Shown here: piece by piece, positions 1 through 7,993 of the stretch
Position numbering within the stretch: the first letter of the stretch is position 1
How the letters are laid out: every line of letters begins with the position of its first letter
Source of the DNA: Candidatus Sericytochromatia bacterium
Lineage (GTDB): Bacteria; Cyanobacteriota; Sericytochromatia; S15B-MN24; VGJW01
Assembly: GCA_035286125.1 (NCBI GenBank)
Contig: JAYKIS010000013.1
Span: 5,451-69,450, forward strand
DNA length: 64,000 nucleotides
Direction of reading: 5' to 3'
Notes under the pieces: model-generated
The model's database searches: none
What the model was told of the DNA's origin: nothing
Seen by the model: the letters and a program-made list of their open reading frames with translations, nothing else
Program-made: the position numbers and the translations under genes

Positions 1-1
1 C

Positions 2-76
2 GCGGACCTGAGTATCATCGACCACCCGGGCGAGACCGAACTGCAGATTCTCGCGCTGCCCGGGGGCCGTCGGTGA
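2..76 (+). CDS. 3' end of an upstream gene (partial, runs off the window)
   Basis: The frame is open from the window edge (ADLSIIDHPGETELQILALPGGRR*) with GC-rich third positions. Its TGA (74-76) overlaps the GTG start at 73 in a GTGA junction, the coupling pattern seen throughout this window. Too short to name. Confidence 0.3.
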   Translation, partial: ADLSIIDHPGETELQILALPGGRR

Positions 77-2310
77 TCGCGCGCCTGATGCAACGCCTCC
101 TGGTGGTGGCTGCCGCCCTGGCCCCCTTGGCTGCTGTTCCCGCGTGCACGCGTGTACCGGGGCCGGCAACCGAGGCCTTTGTCGCGGCTGCCGGCGCCGA
201 CCCTTTGCCGGCCCTGCCCGCGCTTCCCGAGGTCGCCGTGGTCGCGGGAGAGACGGCTGGCGAGGGCGTGTTCCGTGTCTCGTGGCCGCGTCGCCTGGCC
301 ACCATGCCGGCCCAGGTCGACAGGCTCGAGTTGCACTTCCGCGATGCCGCAGGCAAGATGCCGCGGCCGCCCGTCGTGCTTTTCCGGGGCCAGTCCGACC
401 TTCGCCTCGTGGTGGTCCCTTCGGCACGGGACACCCTGTGCCGGGCCTATGGGTACCTCGGCACGCGCCTGATTGCCGCCAGCGAATGGCAGTTGCTGGA
501 TTGGCGCAGGAACGCGCGGGTCCGCCAGGTCCTCGAACTGTACAAGGCCACGGGGGAGAGCTCGGATTCCGTCGCCTTCCTGATGCCCCGGATCGACAAG
601 GTCAGGCCTTCGCGAGGCTATCCCGGCGAGACCGAGGTGTCGCTCGAAGGAGTTCACTTCGGCCTGCCCGGGGGCAATGGAGGACTCGAGGTCGTGCCGA
701 TCGGCGGGGATGCCACGGTTGCGCTGGGTGTGACGCCGCTCGAGTGGCTCGATGAGCTTGACGGCACGTCGTCGTTGCGATTCCGCCTGCCCGTCGACTT
801 GCCCCGGGGCCGATTGCGCCTGCGGGTTTCCGCTCGCGGGATGGTGCCCGAGATTGCGGCCGCATTCCCTGAGCCCGGTGCCCCGGGGAACCCGTGGGCC
901 GGTGCCATCCACGTCCTGGGGCCCCAGCGCGCCTTCTTGCCCTCTGTGGGTCAGGACGTGCAGGAGGCCAGGCTGGCCCCCGTGGAGGACGGCTGGATGC
1001 TGGCCTATGTCGATCGCAACGCCAGCGGCAACGACACCCTCTACGCCGCAAGGCTGTACCTCGGATCACCCGAGGCGCCGGACGGCCTGATGATGGACGG
1101 CCCGGTGCCTCTTTCCACGGGGGGCGCAGCGGGCCGCCTGGACCTTGCGGGCATGCACGTGGCCGGTGGGACGGCCACCATCCTGCTGCGCAGCACGAGC
1201 GGGGTGGCGGAGCCGGGCCTCGATCCTGCCAGTGCCTTGCGTATCGTGCGGTGCGCCGTGACCTCGGATCTGACATTGCAGGGCGAGACCCTGGTCGGGG
1301 CGGCCCGCCTCGCCACGGGCTCGATAGACCCCGTGCTCGTGGGCAGTCCGGACGGCCTCTTCCTGGTGGCGTGGCTGGATACGCGCGATACGGGCGCCAA
1401 GCGCCCTCATCCGCGCATCTACGGCATGCCCTTCGGCAGCTCTGGACAGCCGCTGGCGACCAAGCCCTTTCCCATCCAGGCCATCAACGGTTCCGAACAG
1501 GCGGCCTCCAATTGGCCCACCTTGTCGATGGCCGGGGCCTGGGTGGGCCCTCACCTGCTCATCGCCTGGTCCCAGCGCACGGACCTGCGGCCGTCGGCCA
1601 TGGTCCAACTGGTCGAACTGGACCGTAATGGGGCACGCCTGAGACCCTCGGCCTCGGTGCCGGCCGAGCCCGTCACCTTCCTGCCGCTGGGGCGTGAGGC
1701 CCTGTCGACCGAGGATATCTACGGCACGGCGAATGACCAGTTGATTGACAGCGTGCGCCTGCTGGCTTCGGCAGATGGTCGAAACGTACTTTTGCTCGCG
1801 GGGGTGCCGTTGAAGGGTTCCAACAGCCGTGAACTGGCCTTCCGGGAGCTCAATCCCGACGGGTCGCCTCGAGACCTGCAGCGTCGCCGTCGCCTCTTCA
1901 CCTCGGATGAGCCGGCGGGCGGGTCCTGCCTGGATGCCGACGTGCGTTTCCCGTGCGGCCCCGGTCGCCGTGAGGATATGACAGGAACGTGGAACGGACG
2001 CGAGTTCATGACGGCCTGGACCTTCGTGCAGGGTACGCTTCGCCAGATCCGGGGCGCGCGCCTCGACACGACGGGGCGCCGACCCGTCGAGGAGCCGGAG
2101 ACCCGCTCGGGCGAGGAGCGCCTCGATCCGTTGACCAACGGGACCTTTGCCGAACTCAACTGGGTCCCCCGGGGGGCGGATCCGCGGCGGGCCAGCCTGG
2201 ACGTCGAGGACAGGCCCGAAGTGTCATCCGTCGGTGCCGATACCTTGCTGGTCTGGCGGCACCAGTTCCCGGGTGGTCGTCGCGGTCTGTCGTTCAGGGT
2301 CTGGCGGTAG
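73..2310 (+). CDS. putative lipoprotein with an IPT/TIG-like segment and a repeat-rich body (function unknown)
   Basis: 745-aa ORF. The N-terminus MIARLMQRLLVVAAALAPLAAVPAC reads as a signal peptide plus lipobox Cys. PGETEVSLEGVHFG resembles an IPT/TIG strand signature. Recurrent ...LVAW / LIAW / MTAW / LLVW motifs suggest repeated beta units. Codon third positions are GC-rich. Confidence 0.7.
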   Translation: MIARLMQRLLVVAAALAPLAAVPACTRVPGPATEAFVAAAGADPLPALPALPEVAVVAGETAGEGVFRVSWPRRLATMPAQVDRLELHFRDAAGKMPRPPVVLFRGQSDLRLVVVPSARDTLCRAYGYLGTRLIAASEWQLLDWRRNARVRQVLELYKATGESSDSVAFLMPRIDKVRPSRGYPGETEVSLEGVHFGLPGGNGGLEVVPIGGDATVALGVTPLEWLDELDGTSSLRFRLPVDLPRGRLRLRVSARGMVPEIAAAFPEPGAPGNPWAGAIHVLGPQRAFLPSVGQDVQEARLAPVEDGWMLAYVDRNASGNDTLYAARLYLGSPEAPDGLMMDGPVPLSTGGAAGRLDLAGMHVAGGTATILLRSTSGVAEPGLDPASALRIVRCAVTSDLTLQGETLVGAARLATGSIDPVLVGSPDGLFLVAWLDTRDTGAKRPHPRIYGMPFGSSGQPLATKPFPIQAINGSEQAASNWPTLSMAGAWVGPHLLIAWSQRTDLRPSAMVQLVELDRNGARLRPSASVPAEPVTFLPLGREALSTEDIYGTANDQLIDSVRLLASADGRNVLLLAGVPLKGSNSRELAFRELNPDGSPRDLQRRRRLFTSDEPAGGSCLDADVRFPCGPGRREDMTGTWNGREFMTAWTFVQGTLRQIRGARLDTTGRRPVEEPETRSGEERLDPLTNGTFAELNWVPRGADPRRASLDVEDRPEVSSVGADTLLVWRHQFPGGRRGLSFRVWR

Positions 2311-2320
2311 CTGAGCCACC

Positions 2321-3271
2321 ATGGAAGTCAACGGAACGAAGCAGCGTCGTCTGCCGCCCTCCCCGCCGCCGTTGCCACCGTTGGCCGAAGAACGCTCGAT
2401 GCGGCGCCGGGACAGGCGCTCACGCCCGGATGAGGTGGCCCTGCGTCATGCCTTCGGGGTGACGGAGGCGGCCCTGAGGCAAGGGGCGGCCGAGGGCCTG
2501 GATGCCGTCCAGCTGACCCGTTTGGCCCACGAGACGGCCTGGCGCGAGGTGACGGCCGGTGCCGGTCACGCCTCCCCTGCCGCCCGGGCCGATGCCGCGA
2601 TGGCCGTCGCCAGCATGGCGATTCTTCGGCCCGCGGATATCGTCAAGCTGGCCGAGGTCGACGGGGGCAGCACGAGGATGCTCGTCGAGATGGCGCGCCT
2701 GGGCAAGATCGAGGACCCTCGCCACCCCCGACTGGCCGTCGACGCCACGCGCTCGGCGGGCACGCTGGACCCGGCCTATGCCGACGGTTCGCCCCACCAA
2801 GCCTACCACATGGGCTTTTTCGTCGCAGCCGGCTACGTTTCGGCGGGACACCCCGTGCATACGGCCAAGGCCATGGCGGCTGCCTTCATGCACGAGACCC
2901 TGCTTGACGAGGGCGTTCGCCGTCATGTGGCGGCCGGCGCGACCGCAGGCGCCTCCCGTGAGGATTGGCTCGCATCGGCCTTCGGTCTGCTGGCTGGACA
3001 GCGCCTGAAGGTGCTCGGTGACGCGGGCAAGGGCCGCCAGATGGCCACGGTATTGGCCGGAGCGATGTCCCGTGTGCCGTCGTTGTTGCCGCGCCGCCTT
3101 CCCGAGGCCGACCACGAAGAGGCATTGGCCCAGGTCCGTGCGCTGCGTCAGCAGCGTGATCAATGGTTGCCCTTGCTCGACCATCCTGCCCTCAGGGGAC
3201 TGATCGGGCCCGAGAGCGCGGCGATGGCGCAGGTGGTGCGCCTGCTGGGACTCAGTCCGAAACGACCTTGA
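2321..3271 (+). CDS. hypothetical protein
   Basis: 316-aa ORF with strong GC3 codon bias (gcc/gag/ctg/gac), unlike the R-rich antisense ORF at 2420-3184. No recognisable motif. The start is uncertain: there is no SD before ATG 2321, and an internal ATG at 2399 is possible. Its 3' end overlaps the convergent GT gene by 20 nt. Confidence 0.6.
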   Translation: MEVNGTKQRRLPPSPPPLPPLAEERSMRRRDRRSRPDEVALRHAFGVTEAALRQGAAEGLDAVQLTRLAHETAWREVTAGAGHASPAARADAAMAVASMAILRPADIVKLAEVDGGSTRMLVEMARLGKIEDPRHPRLAVDATRSAGTLDPAYADGSPHQAYHMGFFVAAGYVSAGHPVHTAKAMAAAFMHETLLDEGVRRHVAAGATAGASREDWLASAFGLLAGQRLKVLGDAGKGRQMATVLAGAMSRVPSLLPRRLPEADHEEALAQVRALRQQRDQWLPLLDHPALRGLIGPESAAMAQVVRLLGLSPKRP

Positions 3272-4538
3272 TCAGGCCTTTGGCCGGCCACCCGGCCCAT
3301 CGGGGCAGGGGGGGCGGCCACGCGCCCCGCTTGTGGGCCGCCTGCCACGGGGCGGCGGCATAGGTGCGCAGCGGCCGGCTGACTTCCGACCAGCGATGCC
3401 GGGTTGCCGCGGCAGCTACCCGACCCGCGATGGCCTGCCTCGCCGAGGCGTCGCGCACCAAGGCCTCGAAGGCCTGCGACCAGGCCGCGGGGTCCGCCTC
3501 GGGCAGGGCCCAGCCCAGCCCGTCACGCATCACGGCATCGGCAAAGCCGTCGCCGAGGGTGGTCATGATGGGCCGTCCGGCCCAGAGGAAGTCGAGCAGA
3601 CGGGTTCGGTAGGAGAATCGCGTCTCGAGGTTGAGCCGATGGGCCGAAATGCCGGCGTCGGCCTCGAGCAGCCACCGGCCCCGATCGGCATAGGGGACCC
3701 AGTCTTCCACGAGGATCACCTGCTTGCCCAGGGTGCCGAGCCGAGTAGCTTCGCCGCGAAGCTCCTCAAGGCGTCGATGCCGGGGGCTGCCTGCCTGCGG
3801 CGGCTTGCCTGCCAGGAAGACCAGCTTGAGGCGGGGATGGTCCTGCGCAAGTGCCGCTGCGCCCCGCAAGGGTGTCAGCGGGTCGAACCAGTCCCAGAGT
3901 CCGCCATACCACAGGGCGACGACGGAGTCCGGACCCACGCCGGGCAACAGGCCCCGCAGGACGGGTTCCTCGGCGACAGGCGGTGCCTCGGGGATTCCGA
4001 AGGGCACCTCGAGGAAGAATCGATCGAGGCCGGGGTCGGCCGTGTGGCGCTCGGGCGTCAGCAACCCCAGCGCACAGGCCCGACCGGTCCAGTAGTCGCG
4101 TTGCCGATCACTGGCCACGAGGCAGGTATCTGCCCGCGCCATCTGCCATGCGAGCCAGCGGCGTTGTTCCAGCAGCCGCCAGCGCCTCATCGGCGTGGAT
4201 TCCGCGCTGGCGAGGACTTCGAGCAGCATGGGGTCGTACAGGTCCAGCACCAGGTGTCGGGCTCGTGCGACCAGGCCGGGATGATGCGCCGCCACGAAGC
4301 CGCCTGTCACGACCACGTCCGCTTCGGCGGCGTGCCTCGCGAGTCTTGCTGGCCCGCAGCCCGTGTCCAGTTCGACGGCTGCAGGCAGGCCGGGGGGCGG
4401 CGTGCCGGGCAGCGTGCTGGCGAGGACAATGGTATGGCCGTCTTCGGCGAGGACGCGGGCCAGTTCCGTGGCACGGATCGCCGGACCTGTCATCCTCGGG
4501 CCCAGCACGCCATCCGTGGCAACGAGGAGGCGTGTCAC
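3252..4538 (-). CDS. glycosyltransferase, GT-B / group-1-like (paralog of 11085-12509)
   Basis: The track ORF extends to 4772, but the protein-like part begins at GTG 4538 (VTRLLVATDGVLGPRMTGPAIRATELARVL). That GTG forms a GTGA overlap with the stop of the upstream DUF2304 gene. It shares long motif strings with the 11085 gene: DLYDP/DMYDP, RQRDYW/RQRDMY, LWYGGLWDWFDPLTP/LWGGGIWDWFDPLT, WVPYA, ETRFSYRTRLLDFLWAGRP. Confidence 0.8.
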   Translation of the reverse strand: MTRLLVATDGVLGPRMTGPAIRATELARVLAEDGHTIVLASTLPGTPPPGLPAAVELDTGCGPARLARHAAEADVVVTGGFVAAHHPGLVARARHLVLDLYDPMLLEVLASAESTPMRRWRLLEQRRWLAWQMARADTCLVASDRQRDYWTGRACALGLLTPERHTADPGLDRFFLEVPFGIPEAPPVAEEPVLRGLLPGVGPDSVVALWYGGLWDWFDPLTPLRGAAALAQDHPRLKLVFLAGKPPQAGSPRHRRLEELRGEATRLGTLGKQVILVEDWVPYADRGRWLLEADAGISAHRLNLETRFSYRTRLLDFLWAGRPIMTTLGDGFADAVMRDGLGWALPEADPAAWSQAFEALVRDASARQAIAGRVAAAATRHRWSEVSRPLRTYAAAPWQAAHKRGAWPPPLPRWAGWPAKGLIKVVSD

Positions 4539-4936
4539 GCGGGTCCTGCCGGGGTGGTTCCGGGCTGCCGGGCCGCACGCAGCGTCTCCAGCTCGTGGCG
4601 GAGCAGGGCGACTTCCTGGACGAGCGTGCGTTGGCGCTCCTCGAGCCGGGTGAGGACGATGGCGTGGTGCAGCAGCATGGCGTAGGCGCCACTCGCCATG
4701 ATCAGCAGCAGGGCGGCCGGTGGGTAGGCGATGCCCACCGCGAAGGCCAGTTGCTCGAGCAAGGGCCGCCACGTGGCGAGAACGAGGAAAACAAGGGCGA
4801 TGGCCAGCGCCAGCAGGGCGACTTCCTCGCGCAGCCGGCGGCGCACCAGTAGCCGACCCACGAGCACCAGTGCCGCCAGGCTGCCGACGATGGCCAGGAT
4901 CTGGATGCGTCCCGTATCGACTCCGGCGGCACCCAT
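4535..4936 (-). CDS. small membrane protein, DUF2304-like (GT2-associated)
   Basis: 133 aa with 3-4 hydrophobic helices followed by a charged coiled tail (LTRLEERQRTLVQEVALLRHELETLR). It sits immediately downstream of a GT2 gene with an ATGA overlap at 4936. This is the arrangement typical of DUF2304 proteins. Confidence 0.7.
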   Translation of the reverse strand: MGAAGVDTGRIQILAIVGSLAALVLVGRLLVRRRLREEVALLALAIALVFLVLATWRPLLEQLAFAVGIAYPPAALLLIMASGAYAMLLHHAIVLTRLEERQRTLVQEVALLRHELETLRAARQPGTTPAGPA

Positions 4937-5706
4937 CAGCGGGGACTCCTCGGGCGGAAGGCGTGCAGGCCTATCGCCAGCAGGACCTTGGCCATGTAGT
5001 ACGCCGACCGCCAGCCGTGAATCGAGGACTGTCCGGCGTGGCGCTCGGTCATGACGACTGCGGTCTCATGCAGTCGGAAACCTGCTCGGGCAAGCATCAC
5101 GACGGCTTCCGGCTCGGGGTAGTCGGGCGGGTAGTGCTGGGCCAGGAAGGCCAGCGCACGGCTGTTGTAGGCACGGAAGCCCGACGTGCTGTCGGCGATG
5201 TCGACCCCGCCCACGAGTCGGTTGGCCAGGCGCAGGAGGCCGATGCCCAGACGCCGCAAGGGTGTCGAGCGGAAGGACGTGATGCCCCGGAATCTCGAGC
5301 CGACGACCACATCGGCATCCGAAGCGGCCATCGCGTCGAGCAGCAGGCGAATCTGATCGGCGGGATGCTGGCCATCACCGTCGACCTGGATCGTGACGTC
5401 GGCGCCGCAGGCCAGCGCGTGCCTGAACCCGGTCTGGACGGCCCCACCGATCCCCAGGTTGACGGGCAGGTCCAGGACGGTCGCCTGACCCGTCGCTCGG
5501 GCCGTGCGACTCGTCTCGTCGGGAGAACCGTCGTTGACGACGATGATCCGCGCCTTGGGGAAAGCTGCGGCCAGGCTGGCGATGACGCCGGCGATGCTGG
5601 CTTCCTCGCGAAAGGCCGGCACGACGAAGGCAACGCCGTCCCCGTCGGGCCAGGCGTCGGGGGTCGGGGCCATCCGGGGTGCCCGCAGTTCCATGACAGG
5701 GTCCAT
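4936..5706 (-). CDS. glycosyltransferase family 2 (polyprenyl-phosphate sugar synthase-like, DPM1/PpmA type)
   Basis: 256 aa. Motifs: VAFVVPAFREEASI, IIVVNDGSPDET, QVDGDGQHPADQI, VVVGSRF, and DSTSGFRAYN (the catalytic region typical of Dpm1/GtrB-like GT2 enzymes). Confidence 0.9.
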   Translation of the reverse strand: MDPVMELRAPRMAPTPDAWPDGDGVAFVVPAFREEASIAGVIASLAAAFPKARIIVVNDGSPDETSRTARATGQATVLDLPVNLGIGGAVQTGFRHALACGADVTIQVDGDGQHPADQIRLLLDAMAASDADVVVGSRFRGITSFRSTPLRRLGIGLLRLANRLVGGVDIADSTSGFRAYNSRALAFLAQHYPPDYPEPEAVVMLARAGFRLHETAVVMTERHAGQSSIHGWRSAYYMAKVLLAIGLHAFRPRSPR

Positions 5707-5707
5707 A

Positions 5708-6640
5708 CTAGGCCATGCCTGCGCGAGATGGAGCCAGTGCTTCGCCCAGCAGGACCAGACCGCCGGCCAGCCCGGCCGCGACCAGCAGGCCGAGACTGAG
5801 CACGCCCAGCGCCAGGGCTACCGGCTCGGGCACGCCTACGGGCGCAAGCCAGAGCATCAGCAGGCCCTCCCGCACACCAAGGCCGTTAATGGAAACAGGC
5901 AAGCTCGCAAGCAGGCTCATCGCCGGGATGACGGCCAGCATCCAGCCGCGCGGCACGCCCGGCCACAAGGCGTCGAGCAGCCAGGCGTGGACGACGGCAT
6001 TGGCGAACTGGATCAGGACCGACAGGACCCACAGGGCCAGCGTGCCGCCTGCTTGCGAGGCCGTCGGCGGGGCGGTACGTCGGCGCCAAGCCTGCAGCCA
6101 GGGCCAGGCAAACGGCAGGCTGCCGAGGACCAGAAGGCCGGCGAGCATCTGCGGGGACACGCGCTGTTGCAGGGCAGGAGTCGCCGTGATGCCGATGGCC
6201 GCCGCGACGAGCAAGGCGTGCAGGGCGAGGAAGCGGTCCGCCACCACCCCGCCCGCCGCGCGCAGCAGGCCACGGGCCTCGCTGCGTCGTCGCAGGGCCC
6301 GGGCGATGTCGCCACCGAAACCGCTGGGCAGGAAGAGGTTGACGCTCATGCCCACCAGGTGGCTGCGGGTCAGGTCGCGCATCGTGACGCCGGCATCCCC
6401 GGCAAGGCGCTCGACCCCCCACCAGCGCAGGATGCTCGCTGCCTGGATCAAGGCCCAGCCCAGAAGGGCGGCACCCAGGGGGGCCGGCCTGGCCAGTCTC
6501 AGGATGCGCCACGATTCCTGCACGTCCACGCGTTGGAGCACCAGCACGAGCACGAGGGCCGTGCCGATCCACGGCAGCGTGCGGGCCAAGGCGCGGGCCT
6601 TCGCCCTTCCGGGTCGTTCATCCGTCTCTGGCAACACCAA
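5708..6640 (-). CDS. flippase-like polytopic membrane protein (LPG-synthase-TM / UPF0104-like)
   Basis: 310 aa with about 8 hydrophobic segments. The motifs NLFLPSGFGGDIARA and SLPVSINGLGVREG are characteristic of the lysylphosphatidylglycerol-synthase TM (flippase-like) family, which is often adjacent to GT2 genes. Confidence 0.75.
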   Translation of the reverse strand: MVLPETDERPGRAKARALARTLPWIGTALVLVLVLQRVDVQESWRILRLARPAPLGAALLGWALIQAASILRWWGVERLAGDAGVTMRDLTRSHLVGMSVNLFLPSGFGGDIARALRRRSEARGLLRAAGGVVADRFLALHALLVAAAIGITATPALQQRVSPQMLAGLLVLGSLPFAWPWLQAWRRRTAPPTASQAGGTLALWVLSVLIQFANAVVHAWLLDALWPGVPRGWMLAVIPAMSLLASLPVSINGLGVREGLLMLWLAPVGVPEPVALALGVLSLGLLVAAGLAGGLVLLGEALAPSRAGMA

Positions 6641-6646
6641 TGGGCT

Positions 6647-7687
6647 TCAGTCCTTGAGCGCCAGTTCGCGGGCGGACAGGCCCAGGGCCTTGATCGCCGT
6701 ACGAATTTCGGCCGCCTTGACCCGGCGCAGGTTGCGCAGCTGCCGCCGCTCCGCAAGCAGCCGCGGCAAGGCTCGTGCCGTGTCCACGTAAGCCTTGATG
6801 AGGATCCCCGCCAGCTCGGCGGCGCCACCGCCCTCCTGACGGAACTTGCCCGCCGAACCCCGCCCCGTAATCACCCCCCAGGCCTGCAGGAAGTAGCGCA
6901 CGAGGCTGTGCCAGGGACTGGCCAGCACCATGCCGAGCGGCAGCAGGCGCAGCCGGACCCACAGGTGGTTGCGCTCGACGAGGTAGGCCTTGAAGGCCGA
7001 GTAGCGACCTGCTGCCGCCGAGTAGTGGTGACGTACGACGGCGTCGGGCACATACTGGCAGCGGTGCCCCATCCAACGGAAGCGCAGGCCCAGGTCGAAG
7101 TCCTCGCAGTAGGCGAAGAAGACTTCCGGAAGTCCGCCGGAAGCCTCGTAGACGTCGCGCCGGTAGAGCCCGGCGCAGCCGCTGGGCGCGAAGACCTCGC
7201 GCGGTTCACGGTGGCGAGCGGCCGGTTCCAGCCTCGCGAGGCCGCGACTCATGCCGTCGAGGTAGGGGGCGATGCCCAGGGTGTCGATGGTCCCGGGATC
7301 CTCGTGGCTGACGATGCACGTCGCGAACATGGCGACGTCGGAGTGGCGCTCGGTGGCGGCATCGAGCGCGGCGAGCGTCCCGGGGTCGAGTTCGGCATCG
7401 TTGTTGAGGAGCAGCAGCCACTTGCCGTTGGCCTCGCGGATGCCCAGCGCATTTCCGGCAGAGTAGCCGTCGTTGGTCGGGCTGGCAACGAACCGGTAGC
7501 CCAGTCGCCGGCAGGTTTCGGCGGCCAGCGTGCCCGATCCGTCCGGCGAGGCATTGTCGACGACGATGACCTCGCGGGCCGGCAGTGTCTGGGCCGCAAG
7601 CGACTGCAGGCATGCCTCGATCACGTCCCGGCCCTGGTAGTTGAGCACGATGACCGAGACGTCGAAGGTCCGGGATGTGTCAGGCAT
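6647..7687 (-). CDS. glycosyltransferase family 2 (rhamnosyltransferase-like)
   Basis: 346 aa. Motifs: VSVIVLNYQGRDV, VIVVDNASPDGS, NDGYSAGNALG, LLLNNDAEL, and FFAYCEDFDLGLR (the GT2 ED motif). Confidence 0.9.
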   Translation of the reverse strand: MPDTSRTFDVSVIVLNYQGRDVIEACLQSLAAQTLPAREVIVVDNASPDGSGTLAAETCRRLGYRFVASPTNDGYSAGNALGIREANGKWLLLLNNDAELDPGTLAALDAATERHSDVAMFATCIVSHEDPGTIDTLGIAPYLDGMSRGLARLEPAARHREPREVFAPSGCAGLYRRDVYEASGGLPEVFFAYCEDFDLGLRFRWMGHRCQYVPDAVVRHHYSAAAGRYSAFKAYLVERNHLWVRLRLLPLGMVLASPWHSLVRYFLQAWGVITGRGSAGKFRQEGGGAAELAGILIKAYVDTARALPRLLAERRQLRNLRRVKAAEIRTAIKALGLSARELALKD

Positions 7688-7689
7688 GG
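7677..7689 (-). repeat. copy 1 of a repeated gene-junction sequence (GTGTCAGGCAT on the plus strand = ATGCCTGACAC on the coding strand)
   Basis: The stop of 7680-7991 and the start of 6647-7687 overlap by 8 nt (ATGCCTGA). The 11-mer is identical to 7981-7991. Confidence 0.7.
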
Positions 7690-7991
7690 TCCGGATCCTC
7701 GGGGAGTTCCGTCGTCGGGCGAAGGCCGTGGGTGGCGAACACGCCGGCCATCACCATGGAGCACAGCAGGTAGGCGCCCAGCAGAAGGCCGTTGGCAGGC
7801 GGCTTGAACAGTGCGGGCTTGTATTGGCCCATACGCCGGAGCAAGTAGTCCGGCCAGGCGAGATCGCCCGCCCCTTCTGCAGCCTCGGTCCCGAGCTGAA
7901 AGGCTTGCAGGACGGCCATGCCGGCCATCAGCAGGATCGGCAGGATGAGGAGCGTGAGCCCCGGACGAAGGGTCTTTCCCGTGTCAGGCAT
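7680..7991 (-). CDS. small two-helix membrane protein (unknown)
   Basis: 103 aa, GC3-rich codons, two hydrophobic helices (LTLLILPILLMAGMAVL and LLLGAYLLCSMVMAGVF). It has 8-nt ATGCCTGA overlaps with both neighbouring genes. Confidence 0.6.
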   Translation of the reverse strand: MPDTGKTLRPGLTLLILPILLMAGMAVLQAFQLGTEAAEGAGDLAWPDYLLRRMGQYKPALFKPPANGLLLGAYLLCSMVMAGVFATHGLRPTTELPEDPDHA

Positions 7992-7993
7992 AG
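7981..7993 (-). repeat. copy 2 of the repeated gene-junction sequence
   Basis: The stop of 7984-9417 and the start of 7680-7991 overlap by the same 8 nt (ATGCCTGA). Both downstream proteins start MPDT. Confidence 0.7.

Noticed and set aside
4539-4772. N-terminal extensions offered by the ORF track, for example 3252-4772. The same occurs at 15687-17066, 16964-18016, 41282-42229, 42118-42792, 42671-43954, 53243-54595, 60718-63123, 61415-61801, 10803-11084 and 9306-9539.
   Set aside because: The extensions are R/P/A-rich and overlap the preceding gene. In every case an internal ATG/GTG/TTG reproduces the family N-terminus, usually in a GTGA/ATGA junction.
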